Source of the DNA: Candidatus Latescibacterota bacterium
GTDB taxonomy: Bacteria > Latescibacterota > UBA2968 > GCA-2709665
Reading direction: 5' to 3'
Assembly: GCA_965248435.1 (NCBI GenBank)
Contig: OZ252100.1
Location: 1,696,001 to 1,760,000 of the forward strand
DNA length: 64,000 nucleotides
The notes beneath the pieces were generated by a model that saw only the letters and a list, made by a program, of their open reading frames with translations, had not been told where the DNA came from and searched no databases. The position numbers were made by a program, and so were the translations under genes. Numbering within the stretch: position 1 is the stretch's first letter; every line of letters starts with the position of its first letter. Positions 29,633-40,142 of the stretch are shown piece after piece.

Positions 29633-31615
29633 ATGCATCGAATATTCAAGATCTTTCCGTGTTTCAGAAAGTCAAGCCAGGCTTGGAAACTCGAAGCCTT
29701 CACTCGCATTGCGGGAGTTCTGTTTCCGATTGGCGTGGTCTTGGCCTTTTGTTTTCCGCTAGTTCGTACCGGAGCTGACACCCTCTCAATGGTCAGATAT
29801 TTTGACCAGGATGAGTCTGTTCTTGTAGAGTTTGGCATGAGAATGTATGAAAACGGACTGCTCCCGGTTGAGTTTCCCTCGAGCTATCCGAAGTTTTTCT
29901 ACTACGTTTGCGGGATTTTTCTTTATCCATATACGTTTTTCTTTGGGCCAGATGCCCAGGTCATTACCATTACCCTTAGAATCGCAAACGTGCTTGCGAT
30001 GGTCCTAACGGTATTTTTCATCAATCGGATTTGCATAAGGGTATTTCGCTCACCTACTACAGGCATGCTTAGTTCAGTACTTTTTGTCTTTACTCCTGCG
30101 TTTCTTCATTGGGGAATCAACTCCCGCCCCCATCCATTTGAGTTGCTTTTGATCGTTCTGTCCGTGTACTACAGCCTCCTGGCCGTGACCACGAGGGAGG
30201 GAAAAACCCTATGGGTGGCGGTCATTCTTGCTGGCTTGGCGGCGGGTACAAAACTTGGGGGTCTTTTCATTATCCCAATGATTGTTGTTGTCTACGCCCA
30301 CCTGCTTTATGCAGATGACTCAGATGACCGCGTATTGCGCCTGAAGCCCCAAGTTGGAATTGGGAACGCTCTTTCTGCGCTTATGGGAATCCTGGGCTGT
30401 AGCATCCTGGGCATTGTTTTTTATACCATATTCAACGTACAGCGCAGCTCTACCGGAATAACTGTTGCAGAGGAAGTTGGCTGGCAGAGTGCAGCCTTGT
30501 CTTCTCCGTTCAATTTGGGTGTCGCCTCAGGGCTTTTATTAGTAGGCATCGGTACCCTCTTCCTTCTGTTTACCAAAAGCGTAGGGAAGTCGTATGCCAG
30601 CGCATCTATCGCCTCGAGTCGATGCCTGAATCGCAATTCTATTGCTAGTCTCCTTGCCCACAAAGGCGCGATCTTTGGAGCCAAGGTCTCTCTTGTTATA
30701 GCGTTTGTTTTCTTGATTACGAATCCGGATTTTTTGGTCTATCCAAAGGAAAGTATCTGGGTAACCATCAAACGGCTCTATATCTCATCCCACGGCACAG
30801 ACTTTCAGCGAGATCAGAACTATCTCGCCTGGCTTACCTTCTTTCATCGTACAAGTTGCATGGGGCTCGCAGGCGTGGCTATGGTAGGCTTCTACTTCGT
30901 GCTTGAGACGATGCACCTTCGCTCGAAAAACCACAACGCACATTCTCGTGACCTGTTTTGTCGACTGGCGCTTCTTTCCTATCCGGTCACTTTGGTAGGC
31001 TTTCTGAGCCTCGTGATTCAACACAGGCCGAATCATTACTTGTTGCCCGCAATTCTCTTCCTCTTCATTCTTGGTACAGATGCCCTTATCCGAGCGAACT
31101 GGAAAGTCAAGCGGGGGTACAAGCGCAGACTCTACCAGGGTTTGTGCGCATTATTGTTCTTGATTTGTCTTGGGGAAAGACTCCCGGAGTTCATGGAAAA
31201 CAGAGTGCGATTTGCGTCGCGCGACATCGATCCTGCAATTTCCGAGCTTGGCCCCTGGCTGACCTCCTCCTATCCAGATTCCACGGCGATAATGACGGAC
31301 AGCGTCAAAATGTACATTCCTGACTCTTTCATCAATCTCTACTATTGGAAAGGGATATGGAGAGAGTGGGGAAGGATGCCGGGAATCAGTGATGAATCAT
31401 ACCGCGGCATCGCCGAGGTTCCCCCTGCTATATTTATCCGAACGGATTTTGACGGTGTGAATCTGGATGGTGAGATTCCAAAACGTGAATTGGCATACTT
31501 GGAATCCAACTACACCCTCATAAAGAAAATTCCGTACGAACAACAAACACAGGCGTGGTACACCAGGGGTCAAGATATCAAAGTGTATGAGAGGAAACCT
31601 CAACTGTTGCAGTGA
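29633..31615 (+). CDS. Multi-TM GT-C glycosyltransferase (ArnT/PMT-like)
   Basis: DE motif after the first TM (FDQDE), SYP, RPH, GLAAGTK, many TM segments, soluble C-terminal domain. Confidence 0.7.
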   Translation: MHRIFKIFPCFRKSSQAWKLEAFTRIAGVLFPIGVVLAFCFPLVRTGADTLSMVRYFDQDESVLVEFGMRMYENGLLPVEFPSSYPKFFYYVCGIFLYPYTFFFGPDAQVITITLRIANVLAMVLTVFFINRICIRVFRSPTTGMLSSVLFVFTPAFLHWGINSRPHPFELLLIVLSVYYSLLAVTTREGKTLWVAVILAGLAAGTKLGGLFIIPMIVVVYAHLLYADDSDDRVLRLKPQVGIGNALSALMGILGCSILGIVFYTIFNVQRSSTGITVAEEVGWQSAALSSPFNLGVASGLLLVGIGTLFLLFTKSVGKSYASASIASSRCLNRNSIASLLAHKGAIFGAKVSLVIAFVFLITNPDFLVYPKESIWVTIKRLYISSHGTDFQRDQNYLAWLTFFHRTSCMGLAGVAMVGFYFVLETMHLRSKNHNAHSRDLFCRLALLSYPVTLVGFLSLVIQHRPNHYLLPAILFLFILGTDALIRANWKVKRGYKRRLYQGLCALLFLICLGERLPEFMENRVRFASRDIDPAISELGPWLTSSYPDSTAIMTDSVKMYIPDSFINLYYWKGIWREWGRMPGISDESYRGIAEVPPAIFIRTDFDGVNLDGEIPKRELAYLESNYTLIKKIPYEQQTQAWYTRGQDIKVYERKPQLLQ

Positions 31616-31670
31616 GACGCACTCGGACTAAGTCCTCACAACTTGCCCCTTCCGGTATGGAGAATTCCTC

Positions 31671-33125
31671 TTGCTGTTTAACTCCTTCGATTTCGCGCTT
31701 TTCTTCCCAGCAGTTGTTGCGGTCTACTATTCGATCTCGGCCAAGCACCGTTGGGCCTTTCTCCTTCTTGCAAGCTACTACTTCTACGCCTGCTGGAAAC
31801 CGGAGTACGCACTACTTATCCTGTTCTCTACGAGCATCGACTATTTCGCAGCAATTTGCATGGAAAAGAAGGCTCATCGAAGTCAGAGAAGGCCGTATCT
31901 GATTCTCAGCCTGATCGTGAACATTGGGATTCTTTTCGCATTCAAATACTTTAACTTTTTCAGCAATTCCATTTCTGAGTCGCTAAACCGATTCAACATA
32001 TTCCATTCTGCTCCCGCCTTTGACGTCCTCTTACCTATTGGCATCTCATTCTATACCTTTCAGACACTGAGCTACTCGATAGATGTTTACAAAGGGAGTA
32101 GACCGGCAGAGAGACATTTTGGCATTTTCGCCCTCTATGTCTCCTTTTTTCCGCAGCTTGTTGCCGGTCCTATCGAGCGCTCGACCCGATTGCTACCGCA
32201 ATTTCGTCGCAAGGTATCATTCGACCCGTACGAGGTCTCCAGTGGCCTGAGGCTGATGCTTTGGGGGCTGTTCAAAAAGGTTGTAATTGCCGACCGGTTG
32301 GCCGTCCTCGTAGACGGAGTCTACAGCAACCCCGCATCTTTCGACGGCGTTCATCTGATTGTCGCGTCCTATGCGTTCGCTTTCCAGATCTATTGTGACT
32401 TTTCGGGATATTCAGACATGGCCGTGGGTGCGGCTCGGGTGCTCGGATACCGGCTAATGGAAAATTTCGATCGTCCCTATGCCGCACGATCCGTCACAGA
32501 CTTCTGGAAGCGATGGCACATATCCCTTTCTTCATGGTTTCGTGACTATTTGTACTTCCCGCTTGGCGGCAGTCGTGTGGCTGTTCCCCGGTGGACGTTT
32601 AACATTCTGATTGTCTTCGTAGTTAGCGGTTTGTGGCACGGCGCGAACTGGACATTCGCGGCTTGGGGAATGTTGCACGGAATGTTCCTGATTTTCTCTC
32701 GGCTGACCAGAGCTCTCCGAGGTTCGATCAGTGGCTGGATCTTTTCTGAGTCTGACTCGTTCCTCCTCCGCGCTACCCAAACGGTGATGACGTTTCATCT
32801 CGTGCTTGTTGGATGGATCGTCTTTAGATCAGAGTCTCTGGCCGATGCGGCAGGCATCTTCCAAGCCATTTTCGCTCTAGAATTCGGATCTCTATTCGGA
32901 AATCGGCTCTTGAACATGCCGATTGACTTTGGAGACCTGCTTATCGCCTGTGCTGCCGTGATCGTCGTAGAAGTAGTCGAGGCGATCCGGCTCCGTGGGA
33001 ATCTTGGCACTCTGCTTAGCCGAAGCCCCAGGTGGGCGCGTTGGACTGTCTACTATGCTGCGTTGTTAATTGTCTCCACTATTGGACGATTTACCGCTTC
33101 ACCCTTTATCTATTTCCAATTCTGA
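31671..33125 (+). CDS. MBOAT O-acyltransferase (AlgI/PatA/DltB family)
   Basis: MLFNS, LPIGISFYTFQ, FFPQLVAGPI, DFSGYSD, FWKRWHISLS, SGLWHGA, FIYFQF end. Confidence 0.95.
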   Translation: MLFNSFDFALFFPAVVAVYYSISAKHRWAFLLLASYYFYACWKPEYALLILFSTSIDYFAAICMEKKAHRSQRRPYLILSLIVNIGILFAFKYFNFFSNSISESLNRFNIFHSAPAFDVLLPIGISFYTFQTLSYSIDVYKGSRPAERHFGIFALYVSFFPQLVAGPIERSTRLLPQFRRKVSFDPYEVSSGLRLMLWGLFKKVVIADRLAVLVDGVYSNPASFDGVHLIVASYAFAFQIYCDFSGYSDMAVGAARVLGYRLMENFDRPYAARSVTDFWKRWHISLSSWFRDYLYFPLGGSRVAVPRWTFNILIVFVVSGLWHGANWTFAAWGMLHGMFLIFSRLTRALRGSISGWIFSESDSFLLRATQTVMTFHLVLVGWIVFRSESLADAAGIFQAIFALEFGSLFGNRLLNMPIDFGDLLIACAAVIVVEVVEAIRLRGNLGTLLSRSPRWARWTVYYAALLIVSTIGRFTASPFIYFQF

Positions 33126-34369
33126 TGAACCTACTATCAAATACTCGACCCTTTCTTAACTATATCTGCAATCTTGCGATATTTGTCTCCGTGTATTTGT
33201 TGACACTGACTTCGATAAACTATATTGCAGATGCAGGAAACCTATTTAGGCCCTCTCATGCGGTAGATATAGCGAAGTTGCTTGCCGAGAATTGGAATGT
33301 CGCAAATGTAGGAAACTATGACGAGCGAAGCCTGCAGAAGCACTATGTGGAGCTGATTGAGGAGAGGAAGGAAATCGTCGCTGTCGGCTCGAGTCGATCT
33401 TTACAAATACAGGCATCTCACGTGGGAACCCTGTCCTTCTTCAACAGCTCCGTCACTGGGGCCAGCCTGGAGGACCTTGTGGGTATCTACTATTTCTATC
33501 GGAGAAACGACCTGCTTCCTAAAGTGCTGCTGATAGGACTTGAGCCATGGTTCCTCAATCGACACCACGGGCAAACTCGGTGGAAGGCAATTGGCCCCTC
33601 AGTGGAAGAAGCGACAAAACTAATCGGCGTTCCGCTTGAGAGAGGTATTCAGGAATTCCCCACTCCGAGTTACCTCATGGAACTGGTCTTCTCAGAAAGG
33701 CATTTGGAATTATTCTCTCCTAGCTACTTTCAGCACTCTCTCGGAGACCTCTTCACCTATTGGACGGTGTTCCAAGGTTACGAGGGGCAATCTCTCGAGC
33801 GCCTTTTTGGCTTGATCGGAAAGGTCCCCGAATCAGACTTCTACGCTACGGATCGTCAAACCTCAACAGGACCCTTGAAACGGTTCGACGGCAGCCTGGT
33901 GTATCCGCTGAGCCATCGTTCCAGGACGATCGAGGAGGTGGCAAAGAGGGCATCAGGATACGCGAAGTGGTACCCGCCCTATTCAATGGCGAATTTCGAT
34001 CGGCTGGATCCGGACCTAAAGATATTCCTCCAAGCTTTTCTTGATCTGCTTAGGCGCGATGGTGTAAGGCCTGTTTTCCTTCTGCCTCCTTACCACCCCA
34101 AGGCTTACCAGACCCTTTCACAGGATTACCCCATTGTCAAGGATGTTGAGACATATTACCGAACGTTGGCCGCCGCTCACCACATCCCTCTTTTGGGCTC
34201 CTTCGATCCAAACCTTTGTGAGTGCACGGAGTCCGATTTCTTCGATCCCGTTCATCCCAAGCCGAGTGCGATTCGAAGGATCCTCTCTGCACAGAGTCTG
34301 CTTGCTTCTTTCGAGCCTATGAGCTCAGCCTACGTTCCCACCAAACAAAGTGCCTCACCATCTCGCTGA
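33125..34369 (+). CDS. Membrane-anchored partner of the MBOAT (SGNH/AlgJ/DltD-like)
   Basis: ATG overlaps the MBOAT stop; N-terminal TM, VGSSR, C-terminal FFDPVH (DxxH). Confidence 0.75.
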   Translation: MNLLSNTRPFLNYICNLAIFVSVYLLTLTSINYIADAGNLFRPSHAVDIAKLLAENWNVANVGNYDERSLQKHYVELIEERKEIVAVGSSRSLQIQASHVGTLSFFNSSVTGASLEDLVGIYYFYRRNDLLPKVLLIGLEPWFLNRHHGQTRWKAIGPSVEEATKLIGVPLERGIQEFPTPSYLMELVFSERHLELFSPSYFQHSLGDLFTYWTVFQGYEGQSLERLFGLIGKVPESDFYATDRQTSTGPLKRFDGSLVYPLSHRSRTIEEVAKRASGYAKWYPPYSMANFDRLDPDLKIFLQAFLDLLRRDGVRPVFLLPPYHPKAYQTLSQDYPIVKDVETYYRTLAAAHHIPLLGSFDPNLCECTESDFFDPVHPKPSAIRRILSAQSLLASFEPMSSAYVPTKQSASPSR

Positions 34370-34464
34370 AATTGCCCCTACAAGCCTGGCTGCATCCGAA
34401 CGCTCCCAATCAAGATTCGTTCCGAATCCGTGAAACCCCTTTTGCACATAAATCGGTGAAATGG

Positions 34465-34638
34465 GGAAAAAATTTCCCAGAATTGCCATACATCTCTGCA
34501 GAACAAGGCATCCCCGATCCGCTTTAGCCGCTAGCTGCGGACCCGATCCCCAACTGGCTCCCGTGTATGAAATATGGCATAAATCTTGCATTATAACCAC
34601 CTTGCGTAAGCTAAACGTTCTAGAAAACAGGCCGATAT
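34465..34638 (+). promoter_or_regulatory. Cassette 3: enhancer palindrome, sigma54 promoter, sigma28 promoter
   Basis: GGAAAAAATTTCC 34465-34477; TGGCATAAATCTTGCA 34575-34590; TAAA-N15-GCCGATAT 34612-34638. Confidence 0.85.
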
Positions 34639-34757
34639 AAGAAATAGCAGGCACAGGTCTGTATCCACCCTGATCCATGCCCCTTAAATGGTCACGCCAT
34701 CCCACCACCGCCGTTCTCCAATTTGCCCAGAGGTTTGAACCCTGTCACACATTTTAT
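34571..34757 (+). repeat. Diverged direct repeat, copy A (promoter plus leader)
   Basis: Aligns by eye with 42396-42595 (shared blocks TGGCATAAATCTTGCA, TATAACCACCTT, GGCCGATATAAGAAATAGCAG, GCCCCTTA, CGCCATCCCAC). Confidence 0.85.
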
Positions 34758-34879
34758 CTCGAACAGTCGAATGGTACAGGGCCTTCCTCAGTGAGTATGC
34801 GGGGAAAAATTCCCATCTCATTCGTCTCTCGACCCTTTCGGAAAATCCACGATACACAGTCGTGTAGGTAGGTCTCTAG

Positions 34880-35587
34880 ATGATCCGGCAGATTCGTCAG
34901 CGCGATCCCGCTATGAAGAAGACTGTAGATTACTTCGACTCCATCGCTGAAGACTACAACTCTTGGTTGAATCCATTCGATCTGGCCGCGCGGCAGGTCT
35001 GGTTCGCCAAACAGCTTGACCTGTTCAAGTTGCACGGAGAAGTGGCACTCGATGTCGGCTGCGGAGTGGGACACTTTTCGCAGCTGGTGATGGAACGCGG
35101 AGGCACTCCGGTTCCTCTAGACATTGCTGGAAAGCTGCTCTCTAAAGTGAAATGTGAAATGTCTAATTGCATTCAAGGAAACTCGCTCAAACTACCGTTC
35201 AGGGACAACTCCTTTTCCCTTGTTATCTCCTCCGAGTGCATAGAGCACACACTGGAACCTTCTCAAGCGATACGAGAAATGGTCCGAGTCCTTCGTCGAG
35301 GAGGGGTCCTTGTTCTAAGCACGCCCAATCATGCCTGGCGATGGTCCATCTATATTGCCGAGACCCTGGGATTCCGAAAATTCGCGGGCATTGAAAACTG
35401 GCTTACGCGTCACCAAGTACGAAAAGTACTAACTGAATTCGGTACGGAAATCGTTGTGGATGAAGGACTCCACCTCTTTCCATTTCAGCTGCGCTTCCTG
35501 TGGCCCCTTCTCGCGCGGTTCAACAGGCTTGGCCAGTCTCTCCGACATTGGATGATCAATCAGTGCTGGGTCGCACGGAAACTGTAA
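34880..35587 (+). CDS. Class I SAM methyltransferase
   Basis: LDVGCGVG, LPFRDNSF, IEH, LSTPN. Confidence 0.9.
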   Translation: MIRQIRQRDPAMKKTVDYFDSIAEDYNSWLNPFDLAARQVWFAKQLDLFKLHGEVALDVGCGVGHFSQLVMERGGTPVPLDIAGKLLSKVKCEMSNCIQGNSLKLPFRDNSFSLVISSECIEHTLEPSQAIREMVRVLRRGGVLVLSTPNHAWRWSIYIAETLGFRKFAGIENWLTRHQVRKVLTEFGTEIVVDEGLHLFPFQLRFLWPLLARFNRLGQSLRHWMINQCWVARKL

Positions 35588-35608
35588 CAGATAGAAGGCG
35601 GTGTTTCT

Positions 35609-36391
35609 ATGAAGGTCGTTATTCTTTGTGGTGGTAAGGGCACACGTCTGCGTGAAGAGACGGGGTACCGTCCAAAGCCTATGGTGGAGATCGGCGGTCG
35701 CCCGGTCTTGTGGCACATCATGAAACTCTATGCGCACTATGGGTTCAATGACTTCATACTCTGCCTGGGTTACAAGGGAGAGGTTATCAAGGAATACTTT
35801 CTGAACTACCACACGATGAACAAGGATTTTACGATCAACCTGGGATTTCGAAAAGGAATCATGTTTCACGGCAATCATGACGAAGAGGACTGGAACGTCA
35901 CACTGGCGGATACCGGTGCTGAAGCGCTAACCACGGAACGAATCAATCGCGTTCGGCACCACATCGGAAGTGAGCCGTTCATGCTGACTTACGGGGATGG
36001 CGTTGCAGATCTGGACATCGGCAGGTTGGTGCGGTTTCATCGCTCCCAGGGTCGGCTCGCAACACTAACCGGGGTTCGAGACGCTTCCCGTTTCGGCGTT
36101 GTTCAGTCGAATGGCAACGGGCAGGTCACGAAATTCAAGGAAAAGCCGAACGTCCAGGAGCGGATCAACGCCGGATTTTTTGTCCTCGAGCCCGGTGTGT
36201 TTGACACCTTCGAGGGGCAGACCGGGATGCTGGAACAAAGCCTCCCTCCGCTCGCCGAAGCAAATCAACTCTCGATGTTTCCCCATGATGGGTTCTGGCA
36301 TTGCATGGACACCCATCGTGATTACCTGAAGCTGAATCAATTGTGGGATCAGGGAGATGCCCCCTGGGAAGTCTGGGAGGATGACCGTTGA
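35609..36391 (+). CDS. rfbF: Glucose-1-phosphate cytidylyltransferase
   Basis: ILCGGKGTRLREET..PKPMVEIG, LWHIMK, TYGDG, FWHCMDT. Confidence 0.92.
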   Translation: MKVVILCGGKGTRLREETGYRPKPMVEIGGRPVLWHIMKLYAHYGFNDFILCLGYKGEVIKEYFLNYHTMNKDFTINLGFRKGIMFHGNHDEEDWNVTLADTGAEALTTERINRVRHHIGSEPFMLTYGDGVADLDIGRLVRFHRSQGRLATLTGVRDASRFGVVQSNGNGQVTKFKEKPNVQERINAGFFVLEPGVFDTFEGQTGMLEQSLPPLAEANQLSMFPHDGFWHCMDTHRDYLKLNQLWDQGDAPWEVWEDDR

Positions 36392-36441
36392 GGCTTGTTG
36401 ATGGGTGAAGCGTGATCGCTTGAATTGTGCAGGAGTCTGAA

Positions 36442-37488
36442 ATGAATATTCTCGTGACAGGTCATCTGGGTTACATCGGCAGTGTTTTGACGCGAGTCTT
36501 GCACCGCTGCGGGTACACGGTCGTAGGCCTCGACACAGGCTATTTTGCGGACTGCTACATTTCGGAAGATATGCAGTTCCCAGACCGGGAACTTCAGAAG
36601 GACCTCCGGTCCGTAGAGGTTGAGGACCTGAGAGGGATCGACGCCATAATCCACCTTGCGGCGCTCTCGAACGATCCGATGGGTGAGCTGAGCCCCGCTC
36701 TGACTGATGAAATCAACCATCTCGCCACAGTCCAGCTGGCCCAGAAGGCGCGAGAAGCGAACATATCCCGGTTCATTCTCTCCTCGTCCTGCAGCATATA
36801 CGGCGCTGCAAACGGAAGCGCCCCGCTTACAGAAGGTGCTCCGCTCAATCCAGTTTCGGCCTACGCGGAATCCAAGATCCGTGCCGAAGGAGGACTATGC
36901 TCCCTGGCGAATGAGCACTTTTCACCTGTATTTCTACGCAATGCAACGGCATACGGGGTCTCCCCCAGGTTCCGCTTCGATCTCGTCGTGAACAACCTTG
37001 TAGGATGGGCTCTGGCAACTGGAAACCTCCAGGTCAAAAGCGACGGCAGTCCCTGGCGCCCACTCATTCACGTGGAGGACATTTGCTGTGCCTGCGTCGC
37101 AGCCCTTGAGGCTCCAAAAGAGGCCATCCACGCTGAAGCCTTCAATGTCGGACAGGATTCCGAAAACTTCCAGGTTCGTGACATCGTGAAAACGATTCGA
37201 GAAACCATTCCCAGCCAGGTGGAATTCACGGGGGAGAACCAAGGAGATTCCAGAAGTTACCGTGTCTCCTTTCAGAAGATCAAAGATAGGCTTCCTGGAT
37301 TTCGGCCGAAGTGGACGCTGTCCGATGGGATTGAAGAGCTGTATCAGGCCCTTCGAGAAATAGATTTGGATCTCTTTAGAGACAGGAGATTCTCTCGCCT
37401 GGATCAACTTCAATACCTGATGGCATCAGACTATCTCAATACCGATCTGTTCTGGAAAGGTGAACCGGAGGTACTGGCACATGATTGA
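36442..37488 (+). CDS. NAD-dependent epimerase/dehydratase (probably acting on a CDP-sugar)
   Basis: TGHLGYIG, HLAALSNDP, YAESK, RNATAYG; RBS AGGAG before ATG 36442. Confidence 0.88.
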   Translation: MNILVTGHLGYIGSVLTRVLHRCGYTVVGLDTGYFADCYISEDMQFPDRELQKDLRSVEVEDLRGIDAIIHLAALSNDPMGELSPALTDEINHLATVQLAQKAREANISRFILSSSCSIYGAANGSAPLTEGAPLNPVSAYAESKIRAEGGLCSLANEHFSPVFLRNATAYGVSPRFRFDLVVNNLVGWALATGNLQVKSDGSPWRPLIHVEDICCACVAALEAPKEAIHAEAFNVGQDSENFQVRDIVKTIRETIPSQVEFTGENQGDSRSYRVSFQKIKDRLPGFRPKWTLSDGIEELYQALREIDLDLFRDRRFSRLDQLQYLMASDYLNTDLFWKGEPEVLAHD

Positions 37489-37930
37489 AGGGGTTCTGAT
37501 CGTCCCGCTTCGACAGATTCCGGACGAGCGCGGCAAGATCATGCACATGCTCCGCGCTGATTCCGACCACTACGAGAAGTTTGGAGAAATATACTTTTCG
37601 GTGGCCTATCCAGGAACTATCAAGGGATGGCACCGCCATACACGCCAGACCCAAAACTATGCCGTCGTATCGGGGATGATCAAACTCGTTCTGTTCGATT
37701 CGAGGGATAACTCGCCTACGAAAGGGGAATTGATGGAACTCTTCATCGGCGAGGATAACTACTGTCTGGTCAAGATTCCTCCCGGTATCACGAACGGGTA
37801 CAAGACATATGGCGTAAGACCGGCCTTCCTGGCCAACTGTGCAACGGAACCGCACGACTCGCAAGAGATGATTCGAATCGACCCCTTCTCTACCGAGATT
37901 CCATACGACTGGGCACTCAAAAATCGGTGA
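37481..37930 (+). CDS. NDP-4-keto-sugar 3,5-epimerase (RmlC-like cupin)
   Basis: MIEGV, DERG, KGWHRH, DSRDNSPT, IPPG. Confidence 0.88.
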   Translation: MIEGVLIVPLRQIPDERGKIMHMLRADSDHYEKFGEIYFSVAYPGTIKGWHRHTRQTQNYAVVSGMIKLVLFDSRDNSPTKGELMELFIGEDNYCLVKIPPGITNGYKTYGVRPAFLANCATEPHDSQEMIRIDPFSTEIPYDWALKNR

Positions 37931-38814
37931 CCGATGTGACGAAAGTGAAGAGAATACTGATAACAGGAGGTGCTGGGATGCTGGCATCCGACCTGGCGCG
38001 GCATTTCGCCAGCGGAGACCAGTACGAACCACTTCCACTCTCTCGCACAGACCTGGATGTCACAAACGCTGATGACGTGAACAGCACACTGGAGGATGCC
38101 AGACCAGATGTGCTCATTCACACTGCCGCGCTTCACGTCGACGCGTGCGAAAAGGATCCTGATAGGGCGTTTCAAGTAAATGCTTGGTCAGCAAGAGGAC
38201 TTGCGCTGGCTTGCCAGCGTCACGGGATCACCTTGGTGCAGATCAGCACTTGTGGTCTCTTCGGAGATGATTACAGGGCCTATACGGAATATGACACCGT
38301 CACGCTGAAGACGGTGTATGCTCGGTCAAAACACGCAGGAGATGACTTCGTTAGGAATCTCTGCGAACGCCATTTCGTTCTACGCCCCGGATGGCTCTTT
38401 GGGGGCAGTACTCGCCACCCGAAGAATTTTGTGGCCAGACGATACGAGGAAGCCCTGGGAAGCAACTGTGTTCAAAGCGCATCAGACAAACACGGATCAC
38501 CAACTTACTGTGCCGATCTGGCGATGGGAATCGAGACCCTTCTGGAGACGAAGGAGTACGGGACGTATCACCTGGCGAATTCGGGCGGATGTTCGCGGGC
38601 TGAATACGTCAAGCACATCTTCGAATGCTTCGGACTCACGACCGAGGTGGAAGAAGTCGATTCACGCCACTTTCCTCGCAATGCCGATGTGCCCGACTGT
38701 GAGATTCTTGACAGCCTTAACGTTCGGTTCTTGGGACTCAACCCTCTTCCGCCCTGGGAAGACGCGTTAGAACGATACATCCGATCCATCAACACGGAGG
38801 TCTGCGTTCAATGA
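37927..38814 (+). CDS. NDP-4-keto-sugar reductase (RmlD-like)
   Basis: ITGGAGML, VDACE, YARSK, GSPTY, GTYHLAN. Confidence 0.88.
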   Translation: MTDVTKVKRILITGGAGMLASDLARHFASGDQYEPLPLSRTDLDVTNADDVNSTLEDARPDVLIHTAALHVDACEKDPDRAFQVNAWSARGLALACQRHGITLVQISTCGLFGDDYRAYTEYDTVTLKTVYARSKHAGDDFVRNLCERHFVLRPGWLFGGSTRHPKNFVARRYEEALGSNCVQSASDKHGSPTYCADLAMGIETLLETKEYGTYHLANSGGCSRAEYVKHIFECFGLTTEVEEVDSRHFPRNADVPDCEILDSLNVRFLGLNPLPPWEDALERYIRSINTEVCVQ

Positions 38815-39749
38815 GTGTTGTGCCCGTTACGATTCTGATGACCGTGAGGAACGGTGAATCCTTTGTGGAAGAGACAGTGTCGAGCATTCTGAATCAGACG
38901 TTCGGCGACTTCAAATTCCTGATCCTCGACAATGCCTCGTCTGACCGTACCCGGGAGATCATTCGAAGTTATCGAGATCCCCGGATCGGACTTATCGCAT
39001 TAGAAAGAGATATTGGCCAGACTGCAGCGCTAAACCGTGGGTTGGCACTTTCGAACACGCCCTATGTCGCACGCACAGACGCGGATGACATATCGCATCC
39101 TGATCGGCTGCAGATCCAGATGGATTTCGCAACCAAACATCCCGAGATCGCACTTATAGGGACTTGGTACGAAATCATAGACTTCCGTGGGACGATAGTT
39201 TCCAAGCGAAGACCTCCCTGTAAGCCTGATCAACTTTCAAAGCAAATCCTGTTGGACAACCCGTTTGCGCATTCATCGGTGTTGCTCAATCGATTGAAGG
39301 CACTTGAGTGTGGCGGATACAATCCAGCATTCAGCTTCGCCCAGGACTATGCACTATGGATAGAAATGGCATCTGGCTCCCCGGCAGCTATCCTCCCTGA
39401 ATTTCTCGTTCAGATAAGGAGGCACGGGCAACGCTCTACTGCGGACCCTTCGGTAGCCTTTCAGCGTGCAAGGGAGGCGATGGTGGCCGTCTTGGGAAAG
39501 GCAAACCGTTCCGTGGACAGAGGAAAAGTAGAAGCTCACGCCTGCCTTCGGTACGCCACAGTCGCCAAGGACACTGGACAGGTGAAAGAATCTCTGAATT
39601 GGTTGAAGCACGGCATCTCTCAGCATCCGTCGATGCTATTCTACAAAATGCCTACCATAGCGCCTATTTTCCTTCGAGCGGTCGTTAGCGATAAAGGATT
39701 TACAGCCCTTCGAAGAGTGAGGCGTCTTTTTCTGCAGGGCACGGCCTGA
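38811..39749 (+). CDS. GT2 glycosyltransferase
   Basis: SILNQT, DNASSD, DADD, QDYALW. Confidence 0.9.
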   Translation: MSVVPVTILMTVRNGESFVEETVSSILNQTFGDFKFLILDNASSDRTREIIRSYRDPRIGLIALERDIGQTAALNRGLALSNTPYVARTDADDISHPDRLQIQMDFATKHPEIALIGTWYEIIDFRGTIVSKRRPPCKPDQLSKQILLDNPFAHSSVLLNRLKALECGGYNPAFSFAQDYALWIEMASGSPAAILPEFLVQIRRHGQRSTADPSVAFQRAREAMVAVLGKANRSVDRGKVEAHACLRYATVAKDTGQVKESLNWLKHGISQHPSMLFYKMPTIAPIFLRAVVSDKGFTALRRVRRLFLQGTA

Positions 39750-40111
39750 ATGAAGCCTACACAGCTGCCGAAGGGAATGAGAGTAGGCGTAACAGGGGCT
39801 AGAGGATTCCTGGGCCGGCATCTTCTTGACGCACTCCGAAGCCAGCCAGTCGCGTTAGTGTGTCTAGATGATGATGTTCGCTCATCTGATTCGCCCAAAC
39901 AGGATTTCGACATTTTATACCACCTAGCCGCCGTTCTTCCAGCAAGATTCAAAGAAGATCCAAAACTGAGCTTCTCAGTCAATGTGGACTGCACGCGGTT
40001 CCAGAAGCAAAGATTTTCGCGAAGTGTAAATTGATACAAGAGCAACTCGGATGGGAGCCCAGGATGAAATTTGAAGAAGGGCTGCTCGAGATGATGCGCT
40101 CAACGAAATGA
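39750..40111 (+). pseudogene. NAD-dependent epimerase remnant with internal deletion and frameshift
   Basis: N-terminus VTGARGFLG...YHLAA...VNV in one frame; C-terminus ...LGWEPRMKFEEGL..* (stop 40109-40111) in another; catalytic YxxxK region missing. Confidence 0.85.
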
Positions 40112-40142
40112 TCAACCTACACCCCTTTTATCCGGTTGTCAA

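Noticed and set aside
33032-33124. Longer start for the MBOAT partner
   Set aside because: Would overlap the conserved MBOAT C-terminus; ATG 33125 coupled to the stop codon is more plausible.
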